DNA from: an uncultured delta proteobacterium
GTDB taxonomy: Bacteria > Desulfobacterota > Syntrophia > Syntrophales > UBA8958
DNA: 64,000 nucleotides
Assembly: GCA_903885795.1 (NCBI GenBank)
Contig: CAISJV010000029.1
Location: forward strand, 28,960 to 92,959
Reading direction: 5' to 3'
Below are positions 10,046 to 18,679 of the stretch, one piece after another. Below the pieces are notes generated by a model, which saw only the letters and a list, made by a program, of their open reading frames with translations, did not search any database and had not been told where the DNA came from. Numbering within the stretch: position 1 is the stretch's first letter; each line of letters opens with the position of its first letter. Both the position numbers and the translations under genes were made by a program.

Positions 10046-10903
10046 ATGAAGAAAAGATGGATGTGGATCATGAAAGATTGTATTCTCTTCATCCGTATTA
10101 CATTGATTCTGCTACTTGGCACGGGTGCGGCTTGGGCACAACAGGAAGCATTCGTGATCGGCATAGCACCCCATAGCAGCGCACGCGTGATTCTCGAAAT
10201 GTACCAACCTCTCCGAATATATCTGGAAAAGGAGATGGGAACGCCGGTAGAGGTTGTGACGGCGCCGGATTTCAATAAGTTTGCCAGACGCGGCTTGGAA
10301 CAGGCCTACGATCTTGCCGTCACCACCAGTCATCAGGCACGTCTCTTTCAGACGGATGCTCGCTATATTCCCTTGCTTACCTACAAAGCTGATTTTAAGT
10401 CCGTGGCGTTAGTTTCGGCCAAAGGTCCGATCCGTAAACCAGCCGATCTTAAAGGGAAAAAGGTGCTTGGCTTGAGCCTATCCTCCCAGGTTACCTTGTG
10501 GGGGCAGCACTGGCTGGCTGATCATGGCGTCAGTCCCGTCTCCATCCAGTATGTCAGCGCCTCCGATAGTGTGGCTCAATTGGTCAGCTCGGGCGAGGCC
10601 GCCGCCGGCTTTACGTCTCTGGCCAACTACCAGAAACTGACGCCGAACATGCAAAAGCAACTGCGTATCCTCGCCCAAAGCAACTCTATGCCAGGCCGGG
10701 TCTATGTCCTGAACAGTAAGCGCTCGGAACAGCGGAAAAAGATTGAGGCTGCCCTCTGGGGCTTCGCCGGTACGCCGGCAGGGCGTCAATATTTTGAGGC
10801 CAACAAACTGGAAGGTTACCGTAAACTGAGACCGGGAGAACTCAACGCCATGGATGTGTACGCTGCCGAGGTCAGACAGGTTTTACGCGACGGTGCCCAA
10901 TGA
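10046..10903 (+). CDS. Phosphate/phosphonate-type periplasmic substrate-binding protein
   Basis: Signal peptide AWA, IGIAP, YLEKEMG, DLKGKK; PhnD/SsuA-type pattern. Confidence 0.8.
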   Translation: MKKRWMWIMKDCILFIRITLILLLGTGAAWAQQEAFVIGIAPHSSARVILEMYQPLRIYLEKEMGTPVEVVTAPDFNKFARRGLEQAYDLAVTTSHQARLFQTDARYIPLLTYKADFKSVALVSAKGPIRKPADLKGKKVLGLSLSSQVTLWGQHWLADHGVSPVSIQYVSASDSVAQLVSSGEAAAGFTSLANYQKLTPNMQKQLRILAQSNSMPGRVYVLNSKRSEQRKKIEAALWGFAGTPAGRQYFEANKLEGYRKLRPGELNAMDVYAAEVRQVLRDGAQ

Positions 10904-13116
10904 AGAAAATATCCCCTTGGCATACCGTACGTGGACGACTGTTGCTGCTGGCACTTGGTGTGGAGCTGGCAATGTTGACGGTGCTGGTGTTCAACAGCAT
11001 GCGCCTCCTGCAGGAAGCCATGATCAGCCAAGCCCAATGGCAGGCGGAACAGATGGCTCCGGTACTCAACGCGGCCCTCACAGCCCCACTTGCACAACAG
11101 GATTTTGCCACAATGCAGGCCGTCCTCGATGAGAGCCGGGCAACGGAAGGAATCGACTATATTGCCGTGGTTTCCCAATCTGGTAATATAGTCGCTGCCA
11201 GCGGCTGGCCGCTCGATAAGCCATTGCACGGGCCAAGCAAGAGCTTTTCCCTGTTCGATAGCAGTAGCACTCCGCGCTATGACGTCGTCGTCCCTATCAC
11301 TCAAAAAGGGCAGCGCCTGGGGGCGCTTCATTTTGGGCTCGATCTCTCCAAGATCATCTCAGCCAGGCGGTCTCTGCTTGTTCAGGGTATTAGTATTGCC
11401 GGCGTCGAACTGTTGCTATCCTTTATCATCATGTTATCGATCGGCTACTGGCTGACCCGGCATCTGACATTGCTTACTCAGGCAAGTCTTCAGGTAGCGG
11501 CCGGAAATCTGCCGCCGCCAACGGTATACGAAGGCAAAGACGATATCGGTCAGTTAGGTGCGGCCTTCAATACCATGTCACGAGTAATTGCCGAGCGCGT
11601 CCGGGAACTTACCAACGCAAAAGAGGCTGCGGAAGAGGTGATTCGGGAGCGGGATAGCCAGAAGGCGCTGCTTATGGCGACCATTGATTCCACGCCAGAT
11701 CTGGTTTTTTTCAAGGATCTCGACGGTGTATACCTGGGTTGCAACCAAGCCTTTGCCGATTTTGTGGGACGGACACTGCAGGAAATCAAGGGCTGTGCGG
11801 ATTATGACCTCTTCTCCCTTGAAACAGCCGATTTTTTCCGGGAACAAGACCGCAAAATGCTTGCCCGTGGAGAGTCGCGCAGCAATGAAGAGTGGGTACA
11901 ATATCCGGATGGCCGTAGCGCCCTGCTAGACACCAAGAAATCGCCCTTGCGTTATACTGATGGTCAATTGATAGGGATGATTGGCGTTGCACGCGATATT
12001 ACCGCACGCAAGCAGGCAGAGGAGGCCCTGCGGGAAAGTGAGGCGCGACTGAAGAACATTATGGAATCGGTGCAAACAGGAATCATGATCATTGATTCCG
12101 AAACGCATACCATTGTGGATGTCAATCAAAACACCATCAAGATGATCGGAGATCCGAAGGAAATGATTATCGGCAGCATCTGCCACAGTTATATCTGTCC
12201 GGCCGAAAAGGGGAAGTGTCCGGTTATGGATCTTGCCCACGAAATTGACAATTCCGAACGAGTATTACTAAGATCCGACGGGGTGGGAATTCCGATTCTA
12301 AAGACAGTAGTACCGATAACCTTGGGCGGCCGAAAGCATTTACTCGAAAGTTTCATCGACATTACTCATCGCAAACAAGCGGAAGAGGAATTACAGTCGG
12401 CCAAAGAAAAAACGGAAAGGGCAAGTCGGGCGAAGGACGATCTCATTTCGAATGTGTCCCACGAATTACGGACGCCGCTGGCTTCGATCATCGGATTCAC
12501 ATCAACCATCCGTGATGACAAGGAGTTGTCTGATGAGATGAGGGAAGAGTTTCTGGAGATTGTGCTTGTTGAGAGTAGGAGGTTAAGTAATCTTATTGAG
12601 GACCTCCTTGATGTGTCTCGGATCGAGTCAGGAAAAATTGACCTTCATGTTGACACCCACGAAGTCGGGCAATTATTGGAGGGATTGCGGAGGATCTTCC
12701 ATGGTCAGTTTGATGAAAAAGGCGTTAATCTCATCATAACAAGCCCCAAAGAAGATATTTGCATCCCCTGCGATGAAAGTCGGATCAATCAGGTTCTACA
12801 GAACCTGTTGAGCAACGCCCTGAAATTCACCCCTGCTGGCGGATCGGTATGCGTCAATGTCGAAAATGTAAGCACCAAGGATGTCGAAATTACCATAAAA
12901 GACACGGGCATTGGCATTCCGGAAGACGATATTCCTTTTATATTTGAAAAATTCTACCGAGTCAGACATCATGGAACTCTGTTTAGCGGTACTGGATTGG
13001 GTTTGACCATTACCAAGACCATTATTGATCAGCATGGGGGAAGTATCCGGGTAGAAAGCGCCGAAGGGGAGGGATCAGTTTTTTATGTAACGTTACCAGG
13101 GATATTACCTGTCTGA
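10900..13116 (+). CDS. Membrane sensor histidine kinase (HAMP, two PAS, HisKA, HATPase)
   Basis: Two TMs, DDIGQLGAAFNTM HAMP, PAS/PAC domains, SHELRTPL, NLLSNALKFT, DTGIGI, GTGLGL. Confidence 0.95.
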   Translation: MKKISPWHTVRGRLLLLALGVELAMLTVLVFNSMRLLQEAMISQAQWQAEQMAPVLNAALTAPLAQQDFATMQAVLDESRATEGIDYIAVVSQSGNIVAASGWPLDKPLHGPSKSFSLFDSSSTPRYDVVVPITQKGQRLGALHFGLDLSKIISARRSLLVQGISIAGVELLLSFIIMLSIGYWLTRHLTLLTQASLQVAAGNLPPPTVYEGKDDIGQLGAAFNTMSRVIAERVRELTNAKEAAEEVIRERDSQKALLMATIDSTPDLVFFKDLDGVYLGCNQAFADFVGRTLQEIKGCADYDLFSLETADFFREQDRKMLARGESRSNEEWVQYPDGRSALLDTKKSPLRYTDGQLIGMIGVARDITARKQAEEALRESEARLKNIMESVQTGIMIIDSETHTIVDVNQNTIKMIGDPKEMIIGSICHSYICPAEKGKCPVMDLAHEIDNSERVLLRSDGVGIPILKTVVPITLGGRKHLLESFIDITHRKQAEEELQSAKEKTERASRAKDDLISNVSHELRTPLASIIGFTSTIRDDKELSDEMREEFLEIVLVESRRLSNLIEDLLDVSRIESGKIDLHVDTHEVGQLLEGLRRIFHGQFDEKGVNLIITSPKEDICIPCDESRINQVLQNLLSNALKFTPAGGSVCVNVENVSTKDVEITIKDTGIGIPEDDIPFIFEKFYRVRHHGTLFSGTGLGLTITKTIIDQHGGSIRVESAEGEGSVFYVTLPGILPV

Positions 13117-13138
13117 AATGCGGTCATAATGGTGTGAT

Positions 13139-13261
13139 GGCTATACGGCCAATGTCATCGCCCACCACGGCGTACTGGATGAAGATGTCTATTTCATCCA
13201 GAATCCTTTCTCAAGAAGAGATCTGGCTGCCAAGATACGTGAGGTGCTGGACCACGAATAG
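13139..13261 (+). pseudogene. Orphan C-terminal fragment of a receiver domain
   Basis: Translates as GYTANVIAHHGVLDEDVYFIQNPFSRRDLAAKIREVLDHE*, the typical tail of hybrid-kinase receiver domains, with no 5' part. Confidence 0.75.
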
Positions 13262-13573
13262 GAGTTCGGATAAATACATGGATGGAAGCATATGCTCCAT
13301 TACAAACGGAAAGCATTGGACATCGACGACCGAAGTATTTCTCACTTTGTAGGTGACAGCAGTTTTTGACATAAACCTGTTTTCCTTGATATAGTGTCGC
13401 TGATTACCAAAAGAAAGCAATATGCATGGCCCGCAAAATCTCTTGTGGGATGTACCCGACCTTCCCTGACGCTATTGCGCACCTAAAGTCTCGACGGTTT
13501 TCGCCTCCCGATCGTGCCACAAGTCCGGGTGCCGGTAGAACCACAGACCGGACCACATTGTCTGTTGATGGAA

Positions 13574-15763
13574 TCACGAGAATGGGCTACCAGAAGGACC
13601 GGAAAGCGAAGGATTCGAGGTCGCGTAGCTCTTCCTCTTGCTTGACTGCCATCTGCTACACTGAGCGCATACCTTTCCACCGTTACGGGTGGTTCGGACT
13701 GGTCCCCGGCAGAACATGCAAATCTTCAGCGCTTTTCCTTCGGCATCTGAATCAAATGATACCTTGCAGTCTGGTTTTGCGGTAGCGGCGCACTTCACGT
13801 AGTAACGACCTTCCCAGTTCCGGAGACACAGGTTCGATCCACACTTTGGGCAGTTTCCCACCACTGTGCCGAACACACGCCCGGTGGCGCCTTGGGGGGC
13901 CTGTTGTTTGATCTGTCCTACCAGGTCGGTCACGAAGGTCCGGATGCCGCTCATGAACTCATCCCTTTTGGCCTCGCCCCGGCGGATTCGCTCCAGGCGT
14001 GCTTCCCATTCCCCGGTCATCTGGGGGCTTTTCAGGGTCTCGGCCCGGATGGATTGGATCAACTCAATACCCTTTGGCGTTGGCTGCAGGATGTTGCGTG
14101 TGCGCTCTACGAAATCGCGCTTCAGCAGCGTTTCGATGATGTTCGCCCGGGTGGCGGGTGTCCCAAGGCCGCAGTCCTTCATGGCACCCTTCAGTTCTTC
14201 ATCGTCCAGTTCCTTACCCGCGCTCTGCATAGCTCCCAGCAGATCCCCCTCGGTCAGACGATTGGGTGGCGATGTCTTGCCTGCCCTGGGAAAGAGGTTC
14301 TTCGTATCAACGGCTTCATCCTTAACGACGGAAGGTAGCAGGCCGGAGTCCTCGTCCTCTTCGGTCTCCTCATCTTCGGTGTTTTTTACCTTCACCTTTT
14401 CTTTCTTCGGTCGGCCATGAGGTGGGTCAACGGCGGACCATCCCAATTCCTTTAAAACTGTGCCCGTGGTCTTGAATGTCTCCTTCTCGATCTTCGTGAT
14501 GATGGTGGTCTTGCCTTCAATGCGGTCGGGGAAGTATGCGGCCAAGAAGCGGCGCGCGATCAGCTCGTAGACCTTCAGCCGGTCACCCTGGAGATTCTTT
14601 GTGGGATTCTCCGTAGGCGTCAGCGCAGCGTGATCTTCAACCTCCTTGTCGTTTACGAATCGCTTGTCGAGCTTCACTGGCCAGCGCTTCCGAAGCTCCC
14701 CGACGAAGGGTTGCAACTCTGCGAGCTGCCCCTGAGCGATGGCCTTAATCCAGCCCGCGGCCTTCTGTGCGTCCGCGTCCGTCAGGTATCTGGAATTCGT
14801 GCGCGGGTAGCTGATGAGCTTGGATTCATAGAGTTCCTGCGCCACTTCCAGGGTGTGTTCTGCCGTGAATCCGAAGCGCTTGTTGGCCTCTTTCTGGAGA
14901 TTGGTAAGGTCGTACAGCAGCTCGGGCTTTTTCTTCTCCGTCCGGGAGGTGACCGAGGCTATGTTGCCGGGTAAGCCGGATAGCTTGTTCGCAATGGCCT
15001 TCGCGTCCTCTTCCCGGTCGAACCGATCCTGATCCTTCCCCTCCACCTTGCGGAACCATTTGCCTCTGTAAGCACCACCCTTGGCTTGAAAGGTAGCCCA
15101 TAAGGTCCAGAAGTCCTTTGGCACGAAGTCCGTGATTTCCAGTTCGCGATTTACGAGGAGGGCCAACGTCGGTGTCTGTACACGGCCGATGGAGTATACC
15201 CCGTCTCCTCCGGCTCGGCGCATGACCAGCGTCTGGGCTCGTGTGCAGTTGATGCCGACCAGCCAATCCGACTCCTGCCGGCTACGCGCCGCATCCCGCA
15301 GGCCGCGGTATGACTCGCCCGGCTTCATTCGGGCATAGGCGTCCCGGATGGCGTTATCCGTTAGGCTCGATGTCCAGAATCTCTGTACAGGCTTGGTGCA
15401 TCCCGATAGGCGATAAACCAGATCAAAAATGAGCTCGCCTTCACGACCGGCGTCCGTTGCGTTCACGACATCCACCACATCGTCACGGGTCATGAGTTTT
15501 GCCACAACCTCGTATTGATCCCTGGTGGCCTCGATGGGGGAGTAAAGGAATGGTTCAGGAAAAAAAGGCACCGTATCCAGCCGCCACGTTTTGAGATCTG
15601 GATTGTATCCCTCCGGACCCATAGCCTGCACCAGATGGCCAACACACCACGTAACGATGACATCGGCGCCCTGGATGAAGTTGCGCCCCGTCCCCTGAAT
15701 GCCTAGGGCCGCCGCGATGGCACGGCCCATGCTTGGTTTTTCACTGATGATGATACGGGTCAT
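13574..15763 (-). CDS. topB: DNA topoisomerase III
   Basis: ISEKPS, TWCVGHL, ATDAGREGE, GRVQTPTL, SYPRT (catalytic Tyr), GLGTPATRA, C-terminal Cys zinc ribbons. Confidence 0.95.
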   Translation of the reverse strand: MTRIIISEKPSMGRAIAAALGIQGTGRNFIQGADVIVTWCVGHLVQAMGPEGYNPDLKTWRLDTVPFFPEPFLYSPIEATRDQYEVVAKLMTRDDVVDVVNATDAGREGELIFDLVYRLSGCTKPVQRFWTSSLTDNAIRDAYARMKPGESYRGLRDAARSRQESDWLVGINCTRAQTLVMRRAGGDGVYSIGRVQTPTLALLVNRELEITDFVPKDFWTLWATFQAKGGAYRGKWFRKVEGKDQDRFDREEDAKAIANKLSGLPGNIASVTSRTEKKKPELLYDLTNLQKEANKRFGFTAEHTLEVAQELYESKLISYPRTNSRYLTDADAQKAAGWIKAIAQGQLAELQPFVGELRKRWPVKLDKRFVNDKEVEDHAALTPTENPTKNLQGDRLKVYELIARRFLAAYFPDRIEGKTTIITKIEKETFKTTGTVLKELGWSAVDPPHGRPKKEKVKVKNTEDEETEEDEDSGLLPSVVKDEAVDTKNLFPRAGKTSPPNRLTEGDLLGAMQSAGKELDDEELKGAMKDCGLGTPATRANIIETLLKRDFVERTRNILQPTPKGIELIQSIRAETLKSPQMTGEWEARLERIRRGEAKRDEFMSGIRTFVTDLVGQIKQQAPQGATGRVFGTVVGNCPKCGSNLCLRNWEGRYYVKCAATAKPDCKVSFDSDAEGKALKICMFCRGPVRTTRNGGKVCAQCSRWQSSKRKSYATSNPSLSGPSGSPFS

Positions 15764-15820
15764 GGAGTTTCTTTTTTGAGATTGACAAGAGTAAACCGGT
15801 CTCTACAATACGGCAGGCTA

Positions 15821-15919
15821 TCACTTACCGGGTTTCTTATCTGCTGGAGCTTTCTTGACTGGTTCCGCTTTCTTCGGTTTCTTTGATTCCTTTTTCTTGT
15901 TGTCCTTGTTTCCTCCCAT
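15821..15919 (-). CDS. Small Lys-rich basic protein (32 aa), missing from the ORF track
   Basis: AGGAGGAG RBS then MGGNKDNKKKESKKPKKAEPVKKAPADKKPGK*. Confidence 0.6.
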   Translation of the reverse strand: MGGNKDNKKKESKKPKKAEPVKKAPADKKPGK

Positions 15920-16432
15920 ATTCTCCTCCTTATCTTTATAGTTGCCGTCAATAAAAACGCTTAAATCAAGAGATCACAGAACATATTGGGCCAGCCAGCG
16001 GGAGCGAGTGCAAAAAACTAAGTTTTATTTACTGAATAACAGGAACCCCAGAAGCAGAAGCAAGATGAATCCAGCAGATAACCTTCCATGTTGATTCACA
16101 ACCGCATGTTTCTGTACGTTCACCACCGATAATCCATATACTACCATCGACGAAAAGTGTTAGCAATTTCTTATTCAAGGTTTTCATGATTTTCGTGCTT
16201 GGCGTTAATCCAAATTATGATGAGATTTTATTCTGTATTTATTGAAGTCAATAAGGGAGGTCATTTTGATTTTGTAGCAGCTTTCAAACCGAATTCGTTG
16301 AGATCGATCTAAGATAAATCGGAAGGATTCCGGTCATTGAAGATGTCCGCAATGCTACAATATGGTGCCATTGTACTTCAATGAATTTTGGTTGAAACAT
16401 GCAATAACCACAGCCCAAAATAATCAATCCGC

Positions 16433-16645
16433 CTATTGTGGATTCATGGGAAATAATCCCAGCAGATTTATCATTCCTAGTTTCTCACGGCATTCGGGGC
16501 AAAGCTCATCGTTATTGGCGATGCCTGTGCTGTTCAAAAAGATATCTCCCAATTGTCTCGCCGGATCATAATCCTGTTCTTGATGATCATCAAAAGGACG
16601 TAAGCATTCTCTGCAAAACTTCACTTTAATCCCCATAAAGCTCAT
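16433..16645 (-). CDS. Small CxxC..CxxC zinc-binding protein
   Basis: CREC and CPEC pairs; starts 40 bp after brxL on the same strand. Confidence 0.55.
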   Translation of the reverse strand: MSFMGIKVKFCRECLRPFDDHQEQDYDPARQLGDIFLNSTGIANNDELCPECREKLGMINLLGLFPMNPQ

Positions 16646-16684
16646 CGCAAGATAGAGCTTTTCCGGTCCGATTTTGTATTATTA

Positions 16685-18667
16685 TCAGCAAGTTTTCACA
16701 TAGGTGATTGTCGTTGCCTTGCAGCGGCGTTTGGTCTGATCGACAAAACCCAGGGTGAATTTTCCTTCCGGTTTCTGAAAAATATCCAATCCCCGGCCAA
16801 GGATGATTCGCCAACCCGTATCTGCCTCGATCCAACGATCGTGCAGACCTGTTTGAAAACGATAGGTAAGGTTAATGCGATCCTGGCTTAGGCTCTCCTT
16901 TATTTCATTCAATTTCGATGAAGTTTCCTCTTCCTGACGCTTCGTATCTGTTCCCGTTACGAGTTCGATGGCCAAGCCCGCCTCTGATGAACTCAGACTC
17001 TCGCAGAAATTCAGAAAGTTATGAATTTGATAATCATAACGGATAAAAGGATCGACCAACTTAACGCTTTTAGCTCCTTTTAGATAAGGATTGAACAAGC
17101 GGGCATAAGAAATGCCACGCTGGTCTTCAGCGATATTCAATGTGGTCTCGATCGGTTTTCTGTCCAGTGACAAGCTATCAACCGGCTCCTCTGCTTTTTC
17201 TGGCTCCGGTTTCTCTTCCGGATGGGACATTTGAAACTCATCCGGATACTCGCTCTTAATCGTCACCCATTGATATTCCTGATCCAGCCGTGCCAATTCA
17301 TCCCGAATTTGTTGTCGCATCCGGACAGCAGGGTTGACGCAATACTCGACAAACTCCTCATCCGTAACCTGCAGATCAGGAAACAGCAGCTTCAAATAAC
17401 CTTCCGCAATCCGAGCAACGGCCTTGTGATCGCGCATATCCTCGCAGGAAGGGAGACGCAGGCTGTGGGATACATAATCGGCATATTGAAGATCACTTCG
17501 CAACTCGTGTAGGACTTCACTGAAAAAATCACCTTTGAAGCCCAGGCTTTTTGAGGGCGTGTTCTTAGTAATGCGGGGCATAAACCACCCTTCAAGCAAC
17601 CCATGGATGCGATCCACAAAAGCCGATTCCTGCAGAGATGAAGGCAGCTCCTTGAAAATGCCATTTGTCTCATAGAGGGGTCTTCGATCAGGGCCTATCG
17701 TGATATTGCCAAGGATGGCGAATCCGCATTCGGCGGTTCCCATATCCCCGGTGGCCCTTCGATAACGGCCGCTTTCCAGGTACATCTTGAGGGCCGCCAT
17801 AGCCTCGCCGGCCGCATCAGTGTGGATTTTTTGGACCTCATCCACAACGACCACATCGTATCGGGGCATGAGACCGAGTTGCTTGCTTTGACTGTTAAAG
17901 AACAGTGTCGGCGCCGACAGTTTTCCCCCAGGGATAACCGCCGCATAACGGCTGATATTGTCGAATACGAAGGATTTCCCCGTTCCCTTGGGGGCCAACT
18001 CGGCCAGATTGACCCGCGGCTGGACTAAAGGTATGATTCTACTCAGTAAAAGCATCTTTTGAGGAAGGGTATGCGTATCAGGGTTGAATTGGCAGCTCGA
18101 TATAAGCAGATCAATCCATTCGGGAAGAGTAAAATGTTTTCGACATTCCCTGAAATATTTTAGGTCCACCCCCGGACTCTGAAAGGGCTTGAAATCCACC
18201 ATCCAAATCTGTCCTTTTTTAACTTCTTCACCATCGGGAGGAACATAACGCAGGGTCCCAAGTCCCCACATGCCTGTTTTCAGGAGCATGGTATTATCAT
18301 CAATGATTCCCTTCTGAATCATCGCGTTATTCGTATCCAGCACGGGGATGCTCAGTTCATGCGTGTTCTTGGCCAGATTGACGTTGACGCGGAAATCATC
18401 GATGATTTTAACTTCCTCCTGTTCCTTCAGGCGATTGAGAAGGATATTTTTATCCGCTTTCTGGGGCAAGAAAGAGGAGACGATCTTGATGATTTCCTCC
18501 CGCCCTTCCTCCGACAACTTATCCCCATCAGAGAGGAATTGACTGATAATCCATTCCCCCACATACACCGGAATCGCTCGCGCACCAAACCCGGCCTTGG
18601 ACATTAGTCCCTTGTTGATAACCACTTCTCCGTAGTAATCTCGTGCTTTCGCTTCGAATGATTTCAT
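16685..18667 (-). CDS. brxL: BrxL-family MCM-like AAA+ ATPase with a C-terminal MIT_C/PLD-like domain (no Lon protease domain)
   Basis: IPVYVGEW, ELAPKGTGKS, VVVDEV, AFVDRIHG, RDHKAV; C-terminal ISYARLFNPYL..VDPFIR..LHDRWIEADTGWRIILGRGLDIFQ. Confidence 0.88.
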   Translation of the reverse strand: MKSFEAKARDYYGEVVINKGLMSKAGFGARAIPVYVGEWIISQFLSDGDKLSEEGREEIIKIVSSFLPQKADKNILLNRLKEQEEVKIIDDFRVNVNLAKNTHELSIPVLDTNNAMIQKGIIDDNTMLLKTGMWGLGTLRYVPPDGEEVKKGQIWMVDFKPFQSPGVDLKYFRECRKHFTLPEWIDLLISSCQFNPDTHTLPQKMLLLSRIIPLVQPRVNLAELAPKGTGKSFVFDNISRYAAVIPGGKLSAPTLFFNSQSKQLGLMPRYDVVVVDEVQKIHTDAAGEAMAALKMYLESGRYRRATGDMGTAECGFAILGNITIGPDRRPLYETNGIFKELPSSLQESAFVDRIHGLLEGWFMPRITKNTPSKSLGFKGDFFSEVLHELRSDLQYADYVSHSLRLPSCEDMRDHKAVARIAEGYLKLLFPDLQVTDEEFVEYCVNPAVRMRQQIRDELARLDQEYQWVTIKSEYPDEFQMSHPEEKPEPEKAEEPVDSLSLDRKPIETTLNIAEDQRGISYARLFNPYLKGAKSVKLVDPFIRYDYQIHNFLNFCESLSSSEAGLAIELVTGTDTKRQEEETSSKLNEIKESLSQDRINLTYRFQTGLHDRWIEADTGWRIILGRGLDIFQKPEGKFTLGFVDQTKRRCKATTITYVKTC

Positions 18668-18679
18668 AGATTTCCTTCC

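Noticed and set aside
13134-13352. 72-aa ORF from the track
   Set aside because: Wrong frame; the recognisable receiver remnant is in another frame.
15760-15951. 63-aa Arg-rich ORF from the track
   Set aside because: Alternative frame of the 32-aa Lys-rich ORF, which has the strong RBS.
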